From Nageia nagi (Eukaryota; Plantae; Pinophyta), in contig JBITNC010000001.1 of NCBI GenBank assembly GCA_050084985.1, positions 140,368,001 through 140,432,000 on the forward strand: a stretch of DNA of 64,000 nt, read 5' to 3'. Each line of letters begins with the position of its first letter. Position 1 is the stretch's first letter. Made by a program: the position numbers and the translations under genes. Below the pieces are notes generated by a model, which saw only the letters and a list, made by a program, of their open reading frames with translations, was not told the origin of the DNA and did not search any database. Positions 37,952 to 52,100 of the stretch are shown here, in pieces.

Positions 37952-40900
37952 CTGCACAAAATAAACATAAGAGAGTTATACCTTTGTCTTTCACTAGATC
38001 CATAATCGAAACTTCTTGCATATACTTGCATCTGTAACATATAAAACATTTCTCAACAGTGAAAAGCATCAGTTGTAGTATGAAGACTTCAACTTGTAAG
38101 AGCAATCACATCCACATTAATGTCATGCAACGTCAATGTAGAACTTGCAATCATTTTGTGTCATTACTCATATGTTCCTCCCAATGAAAATGCTACAACT
38201 ATTATTGAAACTATGGTACATGGTACATTGATTAAGAGCACTCGCATAAGAATGATCAAGAGTTGGAACTTAAAGTTGTCAGGTCCCAAGAAAGGTGATC
38301 TTATATGCATTGGTCAAGTTGTAGAACAAAGTAAATGCTATAAGCGTAGACATAAAGATGCCCACCAGGGAAACAAATGTGAATTCAGCTGCCAACAAGA
38401 ATGAAGTGGCAACGGTGAGGCAGAAGCTAGACTATACCAGCGTACTGGAAGAAAGTAATAAGCCTGTAGCAAAAGAATAAGCTATAATCTTCAATATTAA
38501 ATGTTTCATGTTTTCTACAGGTTCATGCAAACAGATACTGTACTAAATTTGGATATGAACATGCCAGATTTTTCAGAACCCCTTGAAGCGAATACCTTTG
38601 GATATAATATCTAGCAAAAAAAGCATAATTTATATCTTTAAAAAATAAAATGGAACAAATATTTTAAAAGATGGCATTTTCTTTAATAAAGAGTAGCAAT
38701 ATAGGTTTTTTTTATTGTTTTTAATGTTTTGATTTTGCATTTAAGATTCAATTAAAAATCATTTTTTTCTTTTTTATTTAGTGTCATAATGCTGATACAG
38801 CTTCAGAGATACTTGAATTGTATTCATATGCATCTGACACAACTCAAATACAAGCATGCACCTGGATGCATCAGGATATAATATTCAGGCTGTATCCATG
38901 CAATATTGTATCCATATATGTGTCAGACTGTAGACACATGGATACAAGTATCTGTCCATTCATGTTCACATAGTGGAAAAGACACACCATAGTGCAGTTG
39001 ACCGATGGAAAAGTTAGGTACAAATTCTAAAGAGAAAGCAGGGGGTGGGGAAAAGGCATCAAGTGGCATTGTAAAGCCATTGAGAGTTGCTTTTGGACAA
39101 TTGACTTGAAAATGATATTGCACAATTACAACAGTGTAGGAGTTATATCCTCAAGAATCCTCATTTGTTGTGCATCTCTAGCTGAAACAGCATTTAGTTT
39201 ATGTGTTGGCAGCCTATAATATCATTTCATAAATAAGTTTTTCAAAAAACTCCTGTGGCAGATTGGAAAATGGTTTCATTGTAGGCAGTTTATAGTTGGA
39301 ATATTCGAGCAACTATCTGTATCAACAATTATATAGTATAAATTGACCTCTTTGTTGCCCACATGTTTACTCCAAATGGACCTTGGAATCTGAGAATTGA
39401 GAAGATATGATCAATAGAAGAGAAATTTATTTGAAGAGCACAAGGCATTGATATGTTACATGTTTCTGAACACAAAGACATTGATGTTTCAAAACAAAAA
39501 AACAGATTATGATATATTTAACAATGAACCAACATTGGCACAGTTTGTACACAAATACAGTATACACACTAGTTGAGCAATAAAAAGCAATGACACCAAA
39601 TGGAAAAGACAAACAAGACATCCATAGCTTCAAGTTGGTAGTATAAAGAGAGGAAGCTAACAAGGCCTACTGTAAATATTCTGGGATTTAGATAACTCTC
39701 ACATCCAAAGGATGCCCATCCCAAAAATGTTAGAGGTGACATCATCAAATATCTGGTTCTGCATGTATTAAAAGAGAAAAAATACTAATGAACTCTAAAA
39801 GTTAAAAAAAATAAATCAGGCAAAGCCTAAGTGTACTCTAGGAAAAAGGGTAATGTTTTTTTCCTGGTTTTTAAGTATGAGAATATTCACTATAACAAGA
39901 CATTCAGCTTATTAAATATAATCCTTTTCTTTTTCCAGCAATTCTCTATTGAGGATTTGTTCTTCTTCTGCACTGGGAATGACTCACCTATCAGCTTGAC
40001 TTCATCTAGCTGGAATAAACATATTTTCCAGATAATGTATTTTGTTTTTAGCTTAGAATAACAAATCTGTCATCTGTGCTAAAGTTTATCCAATTCAAAT
40101 ACAAATAGCAAAAAAGATCATTAAAGTGGTATTAAAGCATTTCATAAATCTGTTTTTCCTTATCTTCCAGCATATTTATATTGTCTCATTAATCCTTCAT
40201 TGTATCAGAGATCCAGGAAAAAATTGCTAATTACCCAGTGATCTAAGAGGATCTGTCTATGAAGTTAGCAGCATAGACATCAGCAATCATCATTAATTTT
40301 GCACACATAAAATAATGTTCTCCTGAAGACAGGCCTGTCCCTGCTATAGTCCAGCTGGCCAGTTCAGGAGTAGCAGGAGGGATGCACCCACTCTGAGAAG
40401 TCAGGGCAGACCACTTCAAGAGAACTGGCAAGCCAGTGTTGAGAATACAAAGAAACATCAGTTACAGTTTCTGACATTGCTGGGAATTGGAAACAGCATG
40501 GGGCTTCAACATGCCTTACAACAGATACCAAACTTAATTTTTTTTATGGACAAGTATTGTAATATATAATATATATAACATAGCATAGGGTTGAGGAACT
40601 AGTAGAAAAGTGTGATTTTCAGTAGTACTGAGACACTAAGATGTAACCTGAGTTTTCATTATCCCCAGAGTGTGTTTGTGTTATGATGTAGTTACATGAT
40701 TGTTTGTTCACTGTCTAACTTCATAACAAGACATTCGAAGTCATTTGTGTGCAGTTGTTTTCTAGGTTAGCTTCTTTGACCTGGATCATCTGCAGAGGTA
40801 GGAAACATGGACCAATCTTGCTGTATAGTGTATTTACATCTTTTGGAAATGAATCTTGGAATGGTAATGGTACACCACATGAAATAAATGTGAGAAGGCT

Positions 40901-41917
40901 ATGACTAAAATTTCGACCTTATTTGAGTTTGGGTGACTGAGTTATCAAAAAGATTCTGTTTTCAAGAAAAGTGCAATATTGAAGGAACAGTGTAGAATCT
41001 CACAAATCCAATTGTTGGCTCGTATTACTTGTGCTTATTTTTCCAAGGTGGGTGTCAAAGTTTGGAATTTGTGCTTGTTCCACCATCTTCGCCTCCAAAT
41101 TGACAAGAATTTCTGTTCCTAAAAAAGATTCTATTATCAAAACATGAGTCTGAAATTCAAATCTGGGAATCTTCAGGGCAGCAGAACAGGTGGATTTCAA
41201 AGGAATGATTTTACTTTTAAGAGCAACATTCATTTCACCTGCACCTTTCTACGTGACCTTCTCTGCTTGTTTTGTAATTTGAACAACAAAAATTTTGCCA
41301 ACATGGTTATAAAACAAATTTCTTCCTCAATTATGAAATTCGATATTCACAACAGCGAAAGGAGTGCAAGAAAGCTGCTGGCTAAGGGAGGACAGTTGCT
41401 ATGCCAGTATCAACATTTTTTGATGTAGGATTCTGTTGGCTACACTAACAACATATTTGCTGAAGCAGAAGAAACTAAAATTAGGTTTACACGTAAAAAA
41501 GCCAATTTTTTATACAATGGACTCTAAAATATCAGTAAATATTAAATTAGAGGTTTAAAGTAAACATTTAGGGTGAGTGTTGAAAAAAAAAACTTTTCAG
41601 TATATGAATTTTACCACACCCAGATACCTTCTCTGAGGTTTTGTTATTATGTTTATTTCTTTCATATTCTTGGACCTAAAATCTGACTAAGTAATGATAA
41701 ACAGATTTATTATTAAAAAATCAAAATGTATTGAATATGAATGATTTTGGAACAAGGAAAGCAACTATCACAAGGGGCAAGCCAACATCTTTTAAAGAAA
41801 ATCTAGAAAAGCAATTACAGAAAAACAAAAGCACTTTTAATAAAGGATGCATTATAATGATTTGTAAAATGGGTTACTATATTGTAACTCAGATGGCTAT
41901 CAAATAAGAATCAATAC

Positions 41918-42112
41918 CTCAGTTCCATTAAGGTTTGAGTTTTGTAACTTAGTGCAACAAGAAGAGCCTTTTTCTGCCTTATGTTTCTTGTGTTCGCCAT
42001 GGAATCCCAATTTGGAATTGCATGCAGTACAATTTGATGAGTACACATTTTGACTGTAATCTTCTTTATCTGAGGAAGAAAGTACTACCAGTTGATGGGG
42101 TCTCTTCCTCAT
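41918..42112 (-). CDS. RAD17: RAD17 first coding exon (MRKRPHQLVVLSSSDKED...NLNGTE)
   Basis: ATG at 42112. The N-terminus resembles the plant RAD17 MxKR..VVLSSS(D/E) start. Ends GAG|gtattg, phase 0. Confidence 0.8.
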
Positions 42113-43199
42113 TATTGCAGTCCATAGAATTTGAATTAGCTGGCTGTAATTGTTACCACCAATACATGGAAGGAATTCAAGATTTAAAAAACTGCAAACT
42201 TTTGAATTTATTAATATTGTATCAGGTATTGTTTACCATGATCCATGGGAATGACTACAGTCACTATACTGTCTGTTTGTAGCCTGTGGACCATCAGATC
42301 GTAAACCTGTAAGTAATGGAGTATAGCTGTTCAGAACTTTCTTTAAGAATATCAAAAACTACAAATTCTAAAGAAGCTACATGAAACCCTACAAATAAAT
42401 ACCAACCAGAATGCATATAAATCATAGACTAAAAATTCCTGCATGCTCAGAATATATTTTAAATGTGACAGTAACTGAAAGCAGCAACAAAAGTTTCAAA
42501 ATAATCATCAGAAATCTCTAGCAATGCAAGTCCAGAAAGATCAACTAAGAAAAACTGACTTTCACGCAAGGACCAGTAACGAGAACTAGAGATACATGTT
42601 GTAAAACTCAAGATTCAATTTCTGACACGGAATAAATTGTTATTAAGATTCGTATAATTTTCTTCTTTTACCAGTCTAATGTTTCTTTGAGAATTTGTCT
42701 GCATTCCATAGCTTAAAGGTCAATTAAAAGTATGGACACCTTATAATGTAAAACCAAAGTACTCTGAAGTTCAATTACAAACAGAAACATCTTATACATA
42801 CTTGGATACAAAACTGTCAGCAGAATAGGAAGAAAAACCAAGAAAGTTTTGCACATAGTAAGATCTCTAAGAAAGGCAATAATACACAAATTTACCTAAG
42901 GGCTCCAATTTCTAATACCAAAATAAATTACTCTTAAGATCCGTAGAGTTTACTTATTTACCACAATATTTGTTTCAACATTCTCATCAATATTTTTGGA
43001 TGTCCACAGCACAATTCACATCTGCTGGATCCTTTAAGACCATTTAACTATAACAGTTCATTATTTAACATTTTCTTACGAGTTCCCATGCCTCTTCTTG
43101 AAATATTAAATATACAGAACAGGCTTGAAATATTTACATTGTCCATGTGGATGTCTTTGAAGCCTGCAATGGCTCAAGGGTGACTAAGGCATTATATCA

Positions 43200-45820
43200 G
43201 CCACCTCATACACATAATTGAGAGAATTCTTCTCTAGACCTAGATTCACGATGCGAGCAGCAGCCCCACCTAGAGTCCAAAGACGATACGCGGCGGTCTC
43301 CTCCCTCGAGAGATAGTGTGTACAGCTCCAAGGACATTCCATCCAAGTTACAACTATTCCATACCCTGGTCACTCCCATGGTACTATATGGTGCAGAGGT
43401 ATGAAGCCCTAGCTTGAGAGTGACATACTGGACCAAGATAGAGAGGATCTTGGTCAATACATTATCCTACTCCATTCAAAGCAAGAGGACTGTCCTCCAT
43501 TATACTTGCAAAGTTTGCTTGCCAACCCCTTTAGGTTTGGGCCTGTTGTCGTTAAATTTTTCTAGTAAATATACAGTATCTCTATGTAAATGGTATGTGT
43601 CACAGTCAATAATAGTGCCTAACAATCAGCTTGTTGTGCAAGGTAATGGCGCCCACCAATAAGCTACAATTATAGCCGCAATGGAATAACAATGTAATCA
43701 GAATAAAGAGATAGCAATGTAACAATGATTAGTTGTACAAGTGTACTATGGAGGCTTTAAGTTGGTGAAGTCCAATAAAAAGTAAAACAGTAAATGGTAA
43801 CTGGTAAATGGTAAACGGTAAAAGGTTAATGGTGAAAGTAAGTAATGGTAAGCAGAAGAAATATCCATGGGTAATATCTATAAGATATATGTTCTAGAAT
43901 TATCCATAGGATTATGTGGCACAAGGAGATGTGATGATGTGGAAGTAATTGTTGACATTTAAAAAGGGTTTCTAGAAAAGGGTTATTTGGCAAAAGATCC
44001 ATGTGGTATCTCATGGATAATTTTAAAATTGGGTTGGATATTTCTAGAGATGGAGATATAATGTATTTTAAAATTCAAGTTGTAGAAAAATCTAGATACC
44101 TTCTCTAGCCTATAAATAGAGAAGTGCTATGGGCATGTAAGGCAAGTAGTGGAAGCCAAAAGAAGGCAAGTCAAGTGAAGTGAAGTCTAGTGGAAGTCAA
44201 GTGCAAGTCATGTCAAGTTGAGTTGAAGTTGTGAGTGAGTAGTGAAGTTGTGAAGAAGTTTATATACGTGTGGTGAGTATTGAGTCTTAGTGTCACTAGT
44301 GTGTCAAGTATTGTATTGTGTTCATGATTATCCAAGTGAAGAGAAGATTAGAGTTTTGTTGTAAGAAGCCTCTCTCTATGAGGTTGTGATAGTGGTTGTG
44401 TTGGATTGGTTGTTGCGCTGAGCAAGTGGTGGTGCTCCTCATGGGATAACCAAGTTCGTTGCTATCATCACGGTGAGAGTTTCTTACCATTGCATTGTAA
44501 CTCTTGTTGTATTTGTATCTTCACTTTCATCAATAATATTATATCATTGTTCTATTCTACGATTATTGTGTTGCTCATAGTGTCTAAACTACATTACCAC
44601 TAATTAGAGTGGTGCATGGAGATGAAATATCATTGCAATAGGAAGGCTCGGTATTATAATTCCTGGTGTGCTAAAATAGTTGACAGGCCCTTGCTTCATT
44701 GGTTCTCTACCTTCATTGCCTTCAAAGTTTTACAGTATTAGGTAGGTCTAACAAACTTTCCTCCAAGGCGTTAGCATCATTGATGGCATTGGCAGCATAA
44801 GGTTGTCGTTGGTATTGGTTCACTAAGGTCTTTGAGGCAGTGCAGCAACTCGGCTCTCATTTGATCAGCTACCTTCCCCCACATAGGATCTGTCCACTCC
44901 TCTGAATGATTCATTGCTATCGACGATTCACAAGATAATATATAGAACACATATCCAAAGTACTTGAGTCACCCCTCAACAGCCCCTCGCATCCAAGTTA
45001 CTCCATTATTCTCAGCACTTTTTACAAATCAAAAAAGGGTTGATCCTTGCCCCCACATATACCAGCCTACACCTATCCCCTAGGTTAAGGGTATTCTTTG
45101 GTCAGTTTCAGATTTGTTCACACTAGCTGCGGATTGAGATTGATCACCACCTACCTCGCAAGTAGAGAGTCTGTCACCTACACGATATGGAGACCAAGTT
45201 TAAGAATCATTTCGTTTTTTGATATCTATTCTATTATGAGATTCGAGATGGATACCATTGTCTTTTTTGTGACTCTCACAAATTGATTTCCTCCTTTCAG
45301 TATATGGATCACAGATGTGTGGCACTTAATATGCAAGAGGCTTTCCTTATTCAAAAACGCCTCCTATCCCACTCCCAACACCAGAGTAATGATCATCGCA
45401 TTACATCCTTCTTCCAAATTACCTTAGAGAGTCTTCCTCTAGGAGGGAGAGGGATGCCTCCCCTATCCAATGCACCAAGAGACACCTACATGACATCCAT
45501 ACTCCCCCCCAAGTCTCAACGGATTGCATCCTTCTTCAAAGCCATTATAGATGACAATTCCAAAGAGCAGAGAGACCTCAACACAACATCACCTTTGAGA
45601 GCATCCTCAAACTCTCCCTAGTCCAATCGATATGGTGCTCCTTATCGAATTCATCTCGCTTTTACGATTTTAACCCATTTTGTAGCTTTTGTTTCTTAAT
45701 GTTTTTAGCTTTAGTGGGGATCAACTTGGACCCCGTACTGCTATCACACCTACTATGTATACTCCAGTCCCATTGACCGCTTTTGGTCACCAGTGGACAT
45801 TAATATATTTTCTTTCTTTC
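43200..45820 (+). mobile_element. 5'-truncated LINE (RT C-terminus, probably RTE-like) split by a solo LTR
   Basis: LFHTLVTPMVLYGAEV* at ~43355-43405, FGQFQICSH*LRIE at ~45097-45140, 3' tail ...GTGGACATTAATATA(TTTC)n at 45790-45820. Confidence 0.7.
43544..44685 (+). mobile_element. Solo LTR (~1.14 kb)
   Basis: TGTTG...TGACA ends, flanks GGGCC/GGCCC (imperfect TSD), CCTATAAATAG TATA at ~44109. LINE sequence resumes after it. Confidence 0.8.
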
Positions 45821-48645
45821 TAATAGAGTTTTTTTATCTCTTAAACCAATTGTCGTTTCTTGCTCAAACCATGGTATTTTCTGGAATATTTTGTCTAATC
45901 AACTGGTTACAGGAAGAACTCAGACATTTACTTTTTCGGTGCATATTTTCCAAGAATAAACAGAATCTTTCGATGTAACTAATAAAAAAAAAACAAGATA
46001 ACTCAAACTGCAATTTCTATCAAATAAGCCATCCAAAGGACCATAGCTGATAGAGACCCTTTTTCCTGCAAAATGTTGTGTCAGATAAGATCAAGTTGGA
46101 CCAACTAACAATATTATTTATCAAAGCCCATAACAAAATCTTCTGTTCTGCAAATTCACTTACATTCTCCTGCTGCCAAAACAATGTTGTTTCCAAATTG
46201 AATGTTTAGCCTACTTAGAATTTATGACTGTGAACCCTTCAAACTCATCCCTGCTAAGGGGAGTATTAAGGATATAGTAAAGAAACAAGGAAATTATATC
46301 AATATTAACAGATGAGCAAAGTAAGTCAACCAAATTCAAAAGTACAACTTAGTATAAACAGCCTAACAGGAAAAATTGCATCTATAAAGAAATTAAAAGT
46401 AAAAACAACAAGAAAGAATCCAACCAGGAGGGGTAAAGCCAAAATGATAGAACTACAAAACACTATTTTGGCGCAAATCTAATGGTTGCATTTAAGGGAT
46501 ATGTGAACATCATTATCTAAAGATTTAATATAAATTTTAAGGAGGATTGACAAGCTTCGCATCATTAAATTGCACCTATCTTCAAATGTTAGAGGGCATA
46601 CACTCCTTGGAATAATGTGGCAATCTTGGTGCAATTTAAATATTGGTGTCTACACTTCGAATTATGCTATATACAATAATTTGATTAATATTAATGCAAT
46701 ACTATTAATATGCAAGGATGGAGTATAAAGTCAAATTCAACCTTAAATATGAAGCGTTTTGGTGTGACAGCTACTAGTTTATGATAACTTTTTCTGAATT
46801 CTTTTGGATCATAGGTGAAGACTTAATACATATAACTGTCAAAAATAAGAGGATTTAATTAAGCCGAGTTTATTCTTAAGTATTTAAGACAATCTTGTAG
46901 ATGTGATTTCAATACAAGGTTATTTCACATAGACAAATGGTAAAAATGGAAATTCTATTGTTGAAATGTTATTGGACAAATAGTTCCAGAGGCTTTCAGA
47001 TCGGTCCGTTTGCCATAACATATTGCATAGAATATGGAATCAGAACATGTTCTTAGGAGTATCCATCCAAAGCTACTACAAAATGTTTTGGAAAGAATAT
47101 ATCGATAAAACTTGTTGTGCAGATTGTCATTTGCCACTAAAATCTCATATCTGAGTGTTGTGAATTCTCAATTCCTCTCTGAATTTTAAATTATGGCAAT
47201 ATCTTAGGATATTGCATACATTTACATGTTACATAAACTCATGCTAAGGATATCAATAGCCCATCACTCCTTCAGAATGTGCTAGACCATTTATTCATGA
47301 ACTTCATCTTCACTTGTGCTCTGTATTGTTCATTGACCCCATTAAACACATCAGGAACACCTAAAATGACCAGGCCCTTCCAATTGGACACAACGTAGTG
47401 TTTCTTTGTGTTTTAGCTCTACTTTTAATCAACAGATGGCTCAACAGGTACATATTAGTCCCCTAGCAAAGTCTTCTACAGGATTAAGCTTTGTCACTCC
47501 CAGATCTCAGTTTCCTGGAGCAAAAAGCAATGAGAGCAAACGTATCAGAGGTGAAAATGAATATGCTCATTTTGTAGAACTGTCCCAACAAATGGCAGTG
47601 TTCTGTATCAAGTTTACAGTGCTGAGCAAACGTTCAACCATATCTTACTCTTCTAATCATCTATTACGCACACCCTTGTCTAATAGACTGTTTTTCCGAA
47701 TTTTACCATCACATTGAATAAATATAGTCTATCTTATTGCAAATTGATTGCCCTCATTTAAAATTTTAAATAATACCATTTAGTCGTATTGGTTGTCTTC
47801 TACGTATATCATCAAGTTTCAAAACAATGGACCCATTTTTTCATCTTGAGATAATATGCTTGAATGTCTGGATAAGACCTGGCCTTTGACAGTATGTTAG
47901 ATTTCCGAATATAACTACAATAAACTTTGTTGTTTATCTTTTCAAACAATACCTATACATTTCTACCTTCTAGATAGATAAGATGAGTCTTCTAATGTCC
48001 TTTTAAACCCGTTTGTTTGTAGGAACTTATGTAGCTTATAAACCATTCAACAGATATTTGCCCATTATTCAATTTTTATTGTGTATAAATTTCTTTACTA
48101 GTGAATTTTAGGGCTCAAACACTGAAACAGTCAGCTTCAGAACTAAAGAAAACAGTTTCCACAGGTTGCCTTAGGCCACAAAAAGCCAATAACATGGGAA
48201 AAAAAAATATTGCGCATGATGATTCACCCTTACTTCTGCGAGCATTAAAAACCCAAATAGTCTCACCTCTTCCTATTTGCCTTGCACAATCTACCATTGA
48301 CAAAAAGAGATGACAAAATATACCAGAACCCAACTACATATAAAACAAAAGAGGATAAAATCCCATTACTTTCAAAAATTTCCAAGCATTTCACCTCATT
48401 TTTAAATTCAAGGAGCATTCTAGAACACCTCCTAGCAGGCAATGTAAGAGCATGGCAGAGGCATTAAAGATGAACAATGCCATTGAAAAAAATGGAATAG
48501 TATGAAGTAACACCCTACAACAAAGCAAATACTATATGCAGAAAGATTGATGCAGAAAAACGGAAGAATTGACGACATTCAGGTATGTTTTGAAGAAAAT
48601 TGATTTTAAGTACCGTGAAATGAAAGCTAGCGGAGCAGGTATGCT

Positions 48646-48653
48646 TTTCGCGG
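48646..48653. promoter_or_regulatory. E2F-type element TTTCGCGG in the putative RAD17 promoter
   Basis: Exact TTTSSCGS match in a small CpG-retaining patch (48560-48665) upstream of the minus-strand gene. TSS not proven. Confidence 0.45.
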
Positions 48654-48987
48654 TTCGTCGAAACCAGTAACATATAGAAGTTGGAAGGGTTGAGATATTT
48701 AAAATAGTAATAATGTTTTATTTTTTTATTATTTATTTTTTTCAATCATATTTGGAGTTATTTCATTTATTTTTGTTTATTTTATATAGGTTGATTTTTT
48801 TAGATGAACTAGGTGGGTTTCTATTGCATCAATGGAGAGTATCTGGTAAGTTATGTTATCATCTAGATTCTTCATAAAGTGGATAGTCACATTAACTTTG
48901 ATATAACTTTTTATATATAAAAAAATATCAAGAGATATTCTTCCTTATGATCCTATCTTATTTAATGTTAATTTATTAATTTATTTT

Positions 48988-49175
48988 ATTTAATGTTATA
49001 TATTATTTATTTTATATGCTATCTAATGTTATAATTATATTTTTGAAGTTGATTTTTTTAATAATAAAGTCAATTCATTTTTTTAATATTATATATTATT
49101 TATTTTATATGCTATCTAATGCTATTATTATGTTTTTGAAGTCGAAATTTTAATAATAAAGTCAATTCATTTTAT
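48988..49175. repeat. ~93-bp AT-rich tandem duplication
   Basis: TTATATATTATTTATTTTATATGCTATCTAATG...AATAATAAAGTCAATTCATTT occurs twice in tandem. Confidence 0.75.
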
Positions 49176-52100
49176 TTTTAATATTGAAGTTGACATTTAA
49201 CGAACGGACTCACATGCAACATTTTGCTCCCCACTCCACCCCTCATACTTCAGCTAGAGAATGCCTTTCGACGTTAATTATCGTTAGATAATTAGTCATC
49301 ATCTCAATACATACATTCAAATTTCAAACATTGACTTCCTTATTTGGGTTGTTTCTTATAGAACATTTATATAGATTAATTTTTGTGTTGTGTTTTAAGA
49401 GTTGTAAATTGTTAGTTGAAATATATTAGGTATAATCATTTGATATTTTATGGGTTTAATATGTTGTCCAAGTTCTTTAAATTCTTTTAGGTTTTGAATG
49501 TTTCTGTATAAATATTATTTTGCATCCATATCAAAGATAAAAAAAAATGAAGATATCAGCATTTTTATTATAACTATTTACACATTTGATTTGTGACATG
49601 TTATTTGAATTTTAATTTCTATAATTTTGATACTACCTTGATTAATTACATGACATTATCTTTTGTCTTAGGACCCCAATCACCTAATCATAAATTAAGC
49701 CTTTAGATTATAATCTTAATTACTCTTAACTTCATTTCATGAAATAGAGTACATAGTGTGTGTTTGTGTGTCACATGATTTGATGAATATTAGATGATAC
49801 ATGAGACACAAAGTTATAGGAATTAATATATCTTGCATACTTGATCTTATTAAAACTAGATATGGGATTTATCCATCATTCAATGTGAATAAAACTTGCT
49901 TTTACATCATATTATGTTGTGAGCATAACTTATTATTACATCATCCTTTATGTGAGTATGTTTAAGTTGTTGTTTATGACATCTAATTAATAGTATACAT
50001 ATTTAACATACTTGGTTGGTTGGACTAAGATATCTATTAAGTATTCATATTTCATGGTATACTTAATATTTGATTTGGTATAAATCGAGTGCTCTCATGA
50101 TTATATACAAGTAAATTATAATTTACTATATATTAAAGTTAATAATTGTTAGAATTTGTAATGAAATATTGTGAATATCTAAACTCCTTGTAAATTCAAT
50201 TAATCACTTAAAGGATATGTAGATACCTTAAGGGATTAATTGAATTCTTTATTATGTAAACTTTGACCTTACCATGTGGTTAGTTGGTAGGTTAAAGTTA
50301 GGTAATACATTTATTGTAACCCTAACCTTACCCTTGGGTTAAAGGGAGGTTAGGGAGGTGCTCTCATGCTATAAATAGAGGGCCTCTCCTCTTGTAAAAG
50401 AACTAAGAGTTTGAGTAAGATTACTAGTTTGTGTAGAAGAGAAAGGAATTGTTGTAAGAGGGTGCATAGTTTGAGAATTGAGATCTAGTTGTGGATGTAC
50501 TCCCAAGGAGGGAGGAACCACATTATATTGGTGTTATCTTGTGTGAATGGTGTTATTAGTTTGTAGATGTTGAATGATTGAGTTTCCTATAGTCTTGGAC
50601 CTTGAGGATTAGTGTAGTTCTAATTCCTTCAATTGGTATCAGAGCTTGGTGTGGAAGCTCTTCTTCAACATCTTGAAGGCCTTTATTTCTCAACCTACAC
50701 TCCATTGTTGAGGTAAAATCAAGAGAAGGTATAATTTTTTTTTATTATTGTGATACTAACATAATTCTTTGAAGATGTGTTAATATGCTTAAAATGATGC
50801 AATTGATTACTAACCCTCCTTTTTTAAGTTGCAATCTTTTATTGATTAGCTTATGGTTATTTTATAAAAATTGGGGTTAGTATATATATATATATATATA
50901 AATTGCATTTGTTTATGTTCCAAATAAGTTCTTCTCTTTGGAAAATAAAAATTAGTGTATTTTTTACATATTATAGAGTGTTCTTTTCTAAACTACTACT
51001 CTAGTTCCTATTTTACTCCTAAAATATTTACAATATATTCTAAAATATATGTATTTATAAAAAAAAGGGGTTTATGGGAGTTCTTTTTGTCATAAAATTT
51101 ATGATTTTTGCATATATATATTTTAAAAATATATATATATTTATCAGCATTTTTTTGTATATATAAAAAAAATATATATATATATATATATAAAATAAAA
51201 ATGTGGAGGAACACAAAATGCTTTAATCCTATTATTAAAATGGATATGCACAAAATGGATACATTGAAAGGGTCTGCGAATTGTTTGACACAAAATGCCT
51301 CGCCGAAATGCAGTCTTATGAACTGCAATGGTCGCCCACTGCTATTCTTCTCCTCTCCAGAGATTGCAACTGCTTTTGCAACATTTTCTGTGGTCTGTGA
51401 AGAAAAATCCCAACTTTGGGCACCTGAATCCTCGTCTTTTCTCATTTCAAATACTATAATGATCATCCTCCTCGTCAGAATCCTCAACACTCTCAAAAGC
51501 ACTTACAACAGGAGATTTTGGTGTTGTAGGTCTAATCAATGGTGCTACTGCTCTCTTTCTCAAGCTTGAATGATTCAAAGATTGGTTGCTACCTTCTCGT
51601 TGTGTGTGGAGGTGAGGAAGACCCAGAGGAATCGAATTGAGGTTGCCAAATGAGTCGTTCGCATCAAGGCTTCCGTTAGACCAGCCGACAGCGCTCACAT
51701 CGGGCATCGAGTTTGGCGCCGCCCTATTATTCATCCATCGATGCTTCTTATCATTATTATCAAAATGTCATCACCTTTATCTCAGCATATAACCCTCTCG
51801 AGCAGGACCCTGCTACCTTTGCTCGTTGCTCCCTTGTGGCCTCCATCACTTGGTCGCCCCTGCCGCCTCCGCCCGCCACTACCCACGCGGCTTAACGATC
51901 CTACGCATGGCCTTTCCATTTTTTTTTAAACATAGTTGTTGAGCATTTAATTTTTTACCAACAAAGGAGGGGGTTTGACTTTTTATGTCCTTGTTTAATT
52001 ACTCCCAAGAAGCAACGTATTGTCCTTCTTGGTAAGGGAAGGGTAGCCATCACTATTTTACCTAAAAGCATTTTTTTTTTTTGACTTGGAGTATTTTTTT

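Noticed and set aside
46955-48467. Separate protein-coding gene from short ORFs upstream of RAD17
   Set aside because: No recognisable domain or consistent exon chain. More likely 5' UTR exons or intron of RAD17.
48500-48720. SOG1 motif CTT(N7)AAG in the putative RAD17 promoter
   Set aside because: Looked for it around the E2F-like site and did not see a match.
51008-51250. AT-rich parts of ORFs 51008-51502 and 51108-51569
   Set aside because: Frames run through (AT)n microsatellite giving IYIY text, not protein-like.
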